Source: Nitrospirota bacterium | GTDB taxonomy: Bacteria; Nitrospirota; Thermodesulfovibrionia; Thermodesulfovibrionales; Dissulfurispiraceae | Direction: 5' to 3' | Length of the DNA: 22,207 nt | Assembly: GCA_040754455.1 (NCBI GenBank) | Contig: JBFMCP010000044.1 | Span: 1 to 22,207, forward strand | Shown: piece after piece, positions 15,503-22,207 of the stretch | Numbering within the stretch: the stretch's first letter is position 1 | How the letters are laid out: each line of letters opens with the position of its first letter | Notes under the pieces: model-generated | Told to the model about the DNA's origin: nothing | Databases searched by the model: none | What the model saw: only the letters and a program-made list of their open reading frames with translations | Position numbers and translations under genes: made by a program

Positions 15503-16522
15503 ATGAACGATACCTTTCTGAAGGCCTGTCGAGGTGAAAAGACTTCATATACGCCCGTGTGGCTCATGAGACAGGCAGGGCGCTATCTTCCCGACTACCA
15601 GAAGGTGAGGGCAAAAGTCGATTTCCTCACACTCTGTAAAACACCCGAGCTCGCGGCGGAAGTGACGATCCAGCCTGTAGAGATTCTGAAAGCGGACGTC
15701 GCCATACTCTTTTCCGATATCCTCATTCCTATCGAGCCGATGGGAATGAAGCTCGAATTTTCCGAATCGAAGGGCCCGATCCTCTACGACCCCATACGCA
15801 ACGACGTAGCCGTCTCACGGCTGAGGACGATAAAGGCGGAAGAGGATGTACCGTTTGTCATGGAGACGGTAGAGATACTCGTCAATAAGCTGAACGTGCC
15901 GCTGATCGGCTTTTCGGGAGCCCCTTTTACGCTTGCTACCTATATGGTTGAAGGCGGCAGCTCGAAGAACTTTATCAATACCAAAAAGATGATGTACCAG
16001 ACCCCCGACCTCTATGCCAAGCTCATGTGGAAGATCACCGATACGGTCATCAACTATCTCCAGGCACAGATCGAAGCGGGTGCCCATGCAATACAGGTCT
16101 TCGATTCCTGGGCAGGCATCCTCTCGCCGTATGACTTTGAGCAGTTTGCGCTGCCCTACGTCCAGAAGATCATAGCTACCTTCAAAGGCAAAGTGCCGGT
16201 CATCTATTTTGCCTTCAATGGTAGCGCCATGCTCAAGAGTGTGAAGAAGTCCGGCGCCGATGTCCTTGGTCTTGACTGGCGTATCACGATGCAGGATGCC
16301 CTCGGCGCCCTGGGCAGTGATGTGGCGGTCCAGGGCAACCTTGATCCCGTTACACTCTTTGGAACAAAAGAGCTTATCAGAGACAGGGTGGCAAAGATAC
16401 TCGAGGGCGCCCGCGGTGCAAAAGGCCATATCTTCAACCTCGGCCACGGCATACTGCCTGAGACCCCTGTTGATAACGCGATTGCCATGGTCGAGGCAGT
16501 GCATGAACTGAGCTCCCGGTAG
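15503..16522 (+). CDS. hemE: Uroporphyrinogen decarboxylase
   Basis: PVWLMRQAGRYLP, AILFSDIL, GAPFTLATY, QVFDSW, QGNLDP and IFNLGHG motifs. Confidence 0.96.
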   Translation: MNDTFLKACRGEKTSYTPVWLMRQAGRYLPDYQKVRAKVDFLTLCKTPELAAEVTIQPVEILKADVAILFSDILIPIEPMGMKLEFSESKGPILYDPIRNDVAVSRLRTIKAEEDVPFVMETVEILVNKLNVPLIGFSGAPFTLATYMVEGGSSKNFINTKKMMYQTPDLYAKLMWKITDTVINYLQAQIEAGAHAIQVFDSWAGILSPYDFEQFALPYVQKIIATFKGKVPVIYFAFNGSAMLKSVKKSGADVLGLDWRITMQDALGALGSDVAVQGNLDPVTLFGTKELIRDRVAKILEGARGAKGHIFNLGHGILPETPVDNAIAMVEAVHELSSR

Positions 16523-16531
16523 GAGACGGCC

Positions 16532-17179
16532 ATGGTCAACCTGGGTGTCCTTGCATCAGGGCGTGGCTCGAATTTTCAATCCATCATCGACGAGATCGAG
16601 GCAGGGAGGATCAAAGCCTCGATCAAGTTGCTCATTGCAGATAAGCCCGATGCCTACGCCATCGAGCGTGCGAAGCAGCACGCTATTGAGTACCTTTACC
16701 TCAACCCGAAAGAGTTTCCTTCCAAGGACGACTTTTTTGCTCGTATTGCCGAAGAGCTGAAAAAACGATCGGTGGAACTGGTGATCCTTGCCGGGTTCAT
16801 GCGCATCGTGAGAAAACCATTGATCGATGCCTTCCCCAACAGGATCATGAATATTCACCCGGCCCTGTTGCCTTCCTTTCCCGGTCTGCACGGGCAGCGG
16901 CAGGCAGCTGACTACGGCGTCAGGGTCAGCGGCTGTACGGTGCATTTTGTCGATGAAGGCATGGATACCGGGCCGATCATCATACAGGCAGCGGTGTCTG
17001 TTTCTCCTGATGACACGGAGGAGACCCTTTCCGCCCGCATTCTTAAGCTGGAGCATAGGATATTCCCCGAGGCGATACGCCTCTATGCCGAGGGGAGATT
17101 GCGCGTCGAAGGCAGAAAGGTGAAGATCACCGCCTATGAATTGCGGGACGAGTATATCGTCAATCCGCCGCTCCACTGA
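16532..17179 (+). CDS. purN: Phosphoribosylglycinamide formyltransferase
   Basis: SGRGSNFQ, LAGFMRI, NIHPALLPSFPG and GCTVHFVDEGMDTGPII motifs. Confidence 0.96.
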   Translation: MVNLGVLASGRGSNFQSIIDEIEAGRIKASIKLLIADKPDAYAIERAKQHAIEYLYLNPKEFPSKDDFFARIAEELKKRSVELVILAGFMRIVRKPLIDAFPNRIMNIHPALLPSFPGLHGQRQAADYGVRVSGCTVHFVDEGMDTGPIIIQAAVSVSPDDTEETLSARILKLEHRIFPEAIRLYAEGRLRVEGRKVKITAYELRDEYIVNPPLH

Positions 17180-17183
17180 AGTG

Positions 17184-17266
17184 GAAAGATCAAAACAAAA
17201 AAAATAAGAATTGAGGTGTTCCGTAATTTTGAGTTTTTCTTTTTGCTTTCTTGTTTTTTGTTCTCG
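17184..17266. repeat. Degenerate inverted-arm repeat element D (A-rich left arm, T-rich right arm with about 7-bp period)
   Basis: GAAAGATCAAAACAAAAAAAATAAGAA ... TTTTTCTTTTTGCTTTCTTGTTTTTTGTTCTC, between purN and rsmD. Confidence 0.5.
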
Positions 17267-17275
17267 TAAGGTGTT

Positions 17276-17860
17276 ATGAGGATATCCGGCGGTTCTGCAA
17301 AGGGGAGAAAGGTAGGGTTCAAGAGGGCCTTCCGGCAGAAGGACGAGAGCGATGAGCTGCGGCCGACCTCGGCAAAGGTGCGCGAGGCGATCTTCAATAT
17401 CCTCAGAGATCAAATAACCGATGCGGTTGTGCTCGACCTCTACGCAGGCACCGGTGCTGTGGGCATAGAGGCATTGAGCAGGGGGGCCGGCAGAGTCGTC
17501 TTTGTCGAGCATAACCCCCAGAGGGTGAGTATCATTAAGGACCTGACGGAGCGCTTCGGTTTCAAGGACAGGGGTGTCGTGATCAAGGAGAGGGCTGACC
17601 GCTTCCTGAAAAGAACCGAATATATCTTTGATATTATTTTCGTTGATCCGCCTTATAGGTCAGAGGAGCTTGCAACAGTGCTTCCCCTGATTGATGCACG
17701 GGATGTCCTCAGTGACCGCGGTGTGCTCATCGCGGAGCACCACGCAAAGAAGAAGCTGCCGGCCTCCATCGGAAACCTGGAGCTGAAGAAGGTGTACAAG
17801 TACGGGGATACCTCCCTGAGCGTTTATTGTTCGAGCATCAAGCGTTATAGTGTACAATAG
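17276..17860 (+). CDS. rsmD: 16S rRNA m2G966 methyltransferase
   Basis: MRISGG, LRPTSAKVREAIFN, LDLYAGTGAVGIEALSRGA and DPPY motifs. Canonical position upstream of coaD. Confidence 0.93.
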   Translation: MRISGGSAKGRKVGFKRAFRQKDESDELRPTSAKVREAIFNILRDQITDAVVLDLYAGTGAVGIEALSRGAGRVVFVEHNPQRVSIIKDLTERFGFKDRGVVIKERADRFLKRTEYIFDIIFVDPPYRSEELATVLPLIDARDVLSDRGVLIAEHHAKKKLPASIGNLELKKVYKYGDTSLSVYCSSIKRYSVQ

Positions 17861-17907
17861 AACAAAGCGCCGTCATGCGCGCAGACACGATTATGAAAGG
17901 AGCATCT

Positions 17908-18411
17908 ATGAGCCTCGCTATTTATCCTGGAACATTTGACCCTGTTACCAACGGACATCTTGACCTTGTGGAGAGGGGATTAAGGATGTTCGATGAGCTG
18001 ATCGTCGCCGTTGCTCCTAATCCTAAAAAGCAGCCCCTGTTTACCCTCGAAGAGCGGCTCAACCTCATACGGGAGGCGGCCGGTGAGAAAGGGTTCAGTA
18101 ACCTTCGTGTCGAGGCATTCAACGGCCTGCTGGTCGATTATGTGCGGGAACAGAAGGGTGCCGCGATTATTCGAGGATTGCGGGCCATCTCTGATTTCGA
18201 ATACGAGATGCAGATGGCACTGATGAACAGAAGAATGGCATCCGATATTGAGACCGTCTTTATGATGCCATCGGAAGTGTACTCCTATCTCACCTCGACC
18301 ATCGTGAAAGAGGTGGTCTCCCTCGGCGGCTCGGTACGGGGCCTTGTCCCTGAAGTGGTCGAAGAGGCCATGAGAAAAAAATTAAGGGTGATTGAAGATA
18401 TTGTAGAGTAA
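17908..18411 (+). CDS. coaD: Phosphopantetheine adenylyltransferase
   Basis: YPGTFDPVTNGHLD, IIRGLRAISDFEYE and STIVKE motifs. AAAGGAG RBS before ATG 17908. Confidence 0.96.
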   Translation: MSLAIYPGTFDPVTNGHLDLVERGLRMFDELIVAVAPNPKKQPLFTLEERLNLIREAAGEKGFSNLRVEAFNGLLVDYVREQKGAAIIRGLRAISDFEYEMQMALMNRRMASDIETVFMMPSEVYSYLTSTIVKEVVSLGGSVRGLVPEVVEEAMRKKLRVIEDIVE

Positions 18412-18543
18412 AACGTTTCCTCTTTCGCAACTGCCGCAATCTGTGTTGTTCATAACCGTTGTTCTACGGCGGGCGGTATTGTCATATTGGCATGCCTGAA
18501 ATTTTGATACAATTTAAGCAGAGGAAGAGACCAGGAGGCTGCT

Positions 18544-19095
18544 ATGACAAAAGAGGCATTGTTGATCATCGATATGCTCAATGATTTTGTCCGCGAGGGC
18601 GCACCGCTCGAAGTTCCCGCTACAAGGGACATCATTCCCTCAATCAGGAGAGAGATCGAGACTGCGCGGCGGGAGGGCAGGCCGATCATCTATGTTTGTG
18701 ATACCCATGCCCCTGACGACAGGGAGTTCTCGAAGTTCGGCTGGCCGCGGCATGCGGTGAAGGGGACCGAAGGTGCACAGGTTATCGAAGCGCTGAAGCC
18801 GGAACGCGACGATATTATCATAGAGAAGACGACCTATTCGGGGTTCTACCAGACGAAGCTGGAGGAGACTCTGAAGCAGTTCGGCATCAGGCACCTCATC
18901 CTCACCGGCTGCGTAACGCATATCTGCATCCTCTTTACCGCTTCGGATGCGGTGCTCAGGGACTACTGGGTGACGGTTCCTGAAGACTGCGTTGCCGGGC
19001 TCGCAAAGGAAGACCACGATGCAGCACTGCGGATCATGCAGAATGTCCTGGGGGTACAGGTGCTCAGGGTTAATGAGCCTGCAGTTTCTCGATAG
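18544..19095 (+). CDS. Isochorismatase-family cysteine hydrolase, nicotinamidase (PncA)-like
   Basis: IIDMLNDF (Asp), EKTTYSGF (Lys) and GCVTHIC (Cys) triad, with metal ligands DxH and WPRH. AGGAGG RBS and an upstream TGaTACAAT at 18505-18513. Confidence 0.85.
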   Translation: MTKEALLIIDMLNDFVREGAPLEVPATRDIIPSIRREIETARREGRPIIYVCDTHAPDDREFSKFGWPRHAVKGTEGAQVIEALKPERDDIIIEKTTYSGFYQTKLEETLKQFGIRHLILTGCVTHICILFTASDAVLRDYWVTVPEDCVAGLAKEDHDAALRIMQNVLGVQVLRVNEPAVSR

Positions 19096-19417
19096 AGATT
19101 ATATCGATCAGCGTCCCCCACATATGGAAACTGACCGCGCTGGTTTGGTGCTTTGCCGTGAAACGCACTCTTAATCCGTCAACCTTGAATTCCTTTTGCA
19201 AGTTGGTCGGGTCATACCGGACACCGCTGTCGCCGATGATGCCGTAGAAGCCTCCCTCGAGATTGATGTACTTCACCGTACCCGTTTCGGCAATAATGCC
19301 TCCTTCTGTCCGTTCAGAGGCGGCGGATCCATTGCTGCACGCCGCTGCGGCAAGTGCATATGCCGTAGCGATCGCAATCAGCAGTCCCGTTGTGGTCGAT
19401 TTAGAGATGCCGGACAT
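19070..19417 (-). CDS. Small hypothetical lipoprotein
   Basis: Hydrophobic signal ending AAAA-C followed by a compact beta-rich domain (GTVKYINLEGGFYGI...DGLRVRF). Overlaps the 3' end of the peptidase gene, suggesting translational coupling. Confidence 0.7.
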   Translation of the reverse strand: MSGISKSTTTGLLIAIATAYALAAAACSNGSAASERTEGGIIAETGTVKYINLEGGFYGIIGDSGVRYDPTNLQKEFKVDGLRVRFTAKHQTSAVSFHMWGTLIDIISIEKLQAH

Positions 19418-21230
19418 CTTTAATTTTCCTCAGCTTTCTCGCAAGTGCGATTGTCTCCTCCAGAAGGCGCTCTATTTCCCCGAGCCCCTTGTCCCAGAAC
19501 CCCCTCTCCGCTATATCGATACCGAGGCGCATGAAAATATTTTTCGGGGAGTCCGAGAGCCCGGCTGACAGGAACTCCTTCACCTTACCGATGAATGCCG
19601 GGTCCTCCTTAACCGAGTTCTGGAGCGACTTTGAGATCAGGAGGCCTCCGGCATAGGAATAGACGTAGAAGAAATAGCGGATGTGCCCCCAGTAGACCCA
19701 CCAGTTTTCCGACCCTGCCGACTGCTCGACAGCGGGTCCCATATACGCTGCCATGTGCTCTTGGAAGATCGATCCGATCTCCTCCTTCGAGAGATACCCC
19801 TTCTTTCTGAATTCCTGGTGTAGCTCCTGCTCGAACCGGTAACAAGCCACCTGTCTGAATATGGTCGAGGCGTCATCGTTCAGCTTCTTCATCAGGATCG
19901 CAAGCTGCAATTCATCGTCTGCTTTCTTACGTATTTCCTGGAGCACGAAATCTTCCATAAACGTACTGGCAACCTCGGCAGTGGAGGTGGGGGTGCCGAA
20001 GTTGAGTGCATTCTGCTTCTTTTTGATCAATTCATTATTGATGCCGTGGCCGAGCTCATGGGCGAGCGTCAGGACATCATCGAGCTTGCCTGTGTGGTTC
20101 AGGAGGATATAGGTGGGTTGGGAGATGAGGTGGTGCGCACAGAAGGCGCCGCTTCCCTTTCCCTTCCGGGGATGCACATCGAACTGTCCGTTCTCCAGAA
20201 ATGATGCAAGGATATCCGAGAATTCAGGGTCGAGACTCCTGAATACCTTATCGACAAGCCTGATGGATTCGGTAAAGGAATATTTCTTGTCAATCGTACC
20301 GTATTCCACATTCCTCTCGTGGTATTTCAGCTGTTTTACTTTCATGAGCTTCGCTTTCAACCGGTAGTATCGTGCGGGGATGTCGAACCGTCCGGATACG
20401 GAAGCGACCAGGGTATCGACGATATCGCTCTCGACATCGTCGCTGATGTGGCGCGAGAGATCGGGACGGGGCAGACCCCGCAATTCATCATCCGTTTTTT
20501 TGTTCGCAAGCACGGAGTTGATTTCCGCTTCGGCAACATCGACGTATTTATACAGCACATCGTTGAGCGCCTTTGCCGCGCCGTCACGCACTCTCTTGTT
20601 TTTATCGCTCGTAAGACTCATAATCTCGGAAAAGTTCTTGAGCGCTCTGGTTCCGTCTTCCTGGAGGATAGCCCGCTCCTCCTTGGCGAGAAAGCCTGAG
20701 GTCATCCTTATCCAGTTGAAATAGGAGGTTGATGCCTTGAGCGTGAGGATCTTCTCTTCCTGCTCGCTCAGCAGGTATTTCGCTTCTGCAAAGATTCGCT
20801 CAAGGAAGTGCTTGTACTCCTTGAGCCCTTCATATTCCAGAAAGCGCTTCTGATGTTCCTGCGGGATCTTGGCGATCCTAAGGTGAAAAAACTGGATATC
20901 ATTCTGTATCTTCCGGCTGAAATCCTCGACTTTGTTGAGCTTTGCCTTGAGGCCCGGATCGTTCTGGTCCTGCTGGGTCCTGAGCCAGAAATAGTAGCCC
21001 TCATCGCCGTCCGTGCCGCAGCATCGGGACCACGATTCGTATTCATCCAGCGCCTCTTTGAGCACCACGGGATCCTCGAGATAGTCGCTGCGGTCCTTCC
21101 ATTTAGTGATGAAGGCATAGCTCTTCTGCTCGACCTTCGTTCGTTGCACCTCTATGCGCCGGTCATTGTCGTTTTCGAAGAGGGGAGTAAGATTCCAGAC
21201 AAACTGTCTTTTAGCGGGAGCTGTCGCCAT
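19401..21230 (-). CDS. pepF: M3B oligoendopeptidase F
   Basis: WNL N-terminal motif, GKGSGAFC, TLAHELGHG, AEVASTF and HIRYFFYVYSYA. AGGAG RBS before ATG 21230. Confidence 0.88.
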   Translation of the reverse strand: MATAPAKRQFVWNLTPLFENDNDRRIEVQRTKVEQKSYAFITKWKDRSDYLEDPVVLKEALDEYESWSRCCGTDGDEGYYFWLRTQQDQNDPGLKAKLNKVEDFSRKIQNDIQFFHLRIAKIPQEHQKRFLEYEGLKEYKHFLERIFAEAKYLLSEQEEKILTLKASTSYFNWIRMTSGFLAKEERAILQEDGTRALKNFSEIMSLTSDKNKRVRDGAAKALNDVLYKYVDVAEAEINSVLANKKTDDELRGLPRPDLSRHISDDVESDIVDTLVASVSGRFDIPARYYRLKAKLMKVKQLKYHERNVEYGTIDKKYSFTESIRLVDKVFRSLDPEFSDILASFLENGQFDVHPRKGKGSGAFCAHHLISQPTYILLNHTGKLDDVLTLAHELGHGINNELIKKKQNALNFGTPTSTAEVASTFMEDFVLQEIRKKADDELQLAILMKKLNDDASTIFRQVACYRFEQELHQEFRKKGYLSKEEIGSIFQEHMAAYMGPAVEQSAGSENWWVYWGHIRYFFYVYSYAGGLLISKSLQNSVKEDPAFIGKVKEFLSAGLSDSPKNIFMRLGIDIAERGFWDKGLGEIERLLEETIALARKLRKIKDVRHL

Positions 21231-21364
21231 GGCATTCTCCTGGGCATGGATTTTAATTTTTAATAAATTATAGTATGTGAGGCCGAAAATTTCATTGTCC
21301 AAAGGCGTAACCCCTGTACTATAATCATAAATAGGTAGAAACAAATAGTAGTTGCAGGAGATTT

Positions 21365-21709
21365 ATGGCGGCTGATGATACATCGAGGCTGGTATATTCA
21401 ACAGATAAAAATGTACCGCGTAAGGAGCAGCCCGTTAAACAGGTGTTTCAAGCGAGTATCCTTCCTGGGCAGCAGCAAGTGTACGTACGCCTCGAGCGGA
21501 AAGGCCGCGGCGGGAAGACCGTTTCGGTAATAGACGGCCTCACATTATCATCACAGGAAAGAGAACGGCTGCTCAAGCAGCTCAAGGCCGCTCTGGGGAC
21601 TGGCGGTACCATTAAAGATAATGCCCTGGAAATACAGGGGGACCACCGCGATAGAATCATCGAACTGCTCCGCAAGATGGGTTACCGTCCCAAACGCTCT
21701 GGTGCATAG
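21365..21709 (+). CDS. yciH: SUI1/eIF1-family translation factor YciH
   Basis: LVYSTD, RKGRGGKTVSVI, LGTGGTIK and EIQGDHR motifs. AGGAG RBS. Confidence 0.92.
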   Translation: MAADDTSRLVYSTDKNVPRKEQPVKQVFQASILPGQQQVYVRLERKGRGGKTVSVIDGLTLSSQERERLLKQLKAALGTGGTIKDNALEIQGDHRDRIIELLRKMGYRPKRSGA

Positions 21710-21746
21710 TTTCGCAGGCAATCGGCGTATAAACTGTTAAACTTTT

Positions 21747-21773
21747 TATACCCAAATATACTATAATATACCC
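21747..21773 (+). repeat. TATAC direct repeats at exact 10-bp spacing; candidate TnpA binding sites
   Basis: TATACCC at 21747, TATACTA at 21757 and TATACCC at 21767. Confidence 0.65.
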
Positions 21774-22207
21774 ATGAAGTTAAGTGTATGGGCAAAACAA
21801 AAAGGAATAGCGTATAAAACTGCGTGGCGGATGTGGGAAAAAGGACTATTGCCAGTGCCTGCAGAACAACTACCAACAGGGACAATAGTAGTTAATCCTC
21901 CTGTAAGCGAAACAGAAGAAAAAGTAGTCTTATATGCCAGAGTATCCAGTGCTGACCAGAAATCTGACCTTGACAGACAAGTCGCAAGGTTAAGCGAATT
22001 TGCTGCCAATAACGGTTTGCATGTTGTAGGCGTCATAAAAGAAATAGGCTCTGGATTAAATGGACATAGACGAGCAGCACTAAGAATTCTTAAAGACCCT
22101 ACAGTTACTACCATCATAGTAGAACATAGAGATAGACTTATGCGATTTGGGATAGAGTATGTAGAAGCGGTCCTGGCTGCTCAAGGCAGAAGACTTATTG
22201 TTATAGA
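21774..22207 (+). CDS. tnpA: IS607-family serine recombinase transposase TnpA (3' truncated; absent from the ORF track)
   Basis: Manual translation gives MKLSVWAKQKGIAYKTAWRMWEKG (MerR-like HTH) ... VLYARVSSADQKSDLDRQ ... EIGSGLNGHR ... VEHRDRLMRFG. Confidence 0.93.
   Translation, partial: MKLSVWAKQKGIAYKTAWRMWEKGLLPVPAEQLPTGTIVVNPPVSETEEKVVLYARVSSADQKSDLDRQVARLSEFAANNGLHVVGVIKEIGSGLNGHRRAALRILKDPTVTTIIVEHRDRLMRFGIEYVEAVLAAQGRRLIVI

Larger units (their letters stand above)
21724..22207 (+). mobile_element. IS607-family insertion sequence, left end (continues beyond window)
   Basis: Abrupt shift to AT-rich sequence just after yciH, short direct repeats, and an IS607-type tnpA. The boundary is placed at GG 21724-21725 by inference. 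Confidence 0.8.

Noticed and set aside
900..21263. Other long antisense or alternate-frame ORFs (e.g. 900-2042, 8609-9508, 11173-12000, 16556-17512)
   Set aside because: They overlap well-supported genes and lack motifs, as expected from codon bias in GC-rich coding DNA.
21761..22117. 118-aa minus-strand ORF
   Set aside because: Antisense to the clear IS607 tnpA frame.

Overview
A gene-dense, moderately GC-rich bacterial chromosomal segment. Gene content suggests an anaerobic Nitrospirota/Desulfobacterota-type organism (inference only). In order: truncated radical SAM/SPASM gene, AddB-like Fe-S PD-(D/E)XK nuclease, patatin lipoprotein, RlmI-type methyltransferase, DUF362 Fe-S protein (-), M1 peptidase-ChaN-PDZ fusion, DegQ/HtrA protease, 86-aa hypothetical (-), long-form hflX, AhbD-like radical SAM, hemE, purN, rsmD, coaD, nicotinamidase-like hydrolase, small lipoprotein (-), oligoendopeptidase F (-), yciH/SUI1, and the left end plus truncated tnpA of an IS607-family element. 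The most interesting signals are ones the ORF track misses: (1) hflX appears to start at a non-canonical AUC codon 55 codons upstream of the called start; (2) a promoter-to-terminator unit of about 65 nt with anti-Shine-Dalgarno-like motifs looks like an unannotated sRNA; (3) at least four intergenic elements are built from degenerate 7-bp tandem repeats in inverted arms, each with a different unit but the same architecture; (4) a long hairpin with an anti-SD arm fills the leader of the 86-aa gene; (5) the M1-ChaN-PDZ fusion lacks the GXMEN motif and sits near heme genes.
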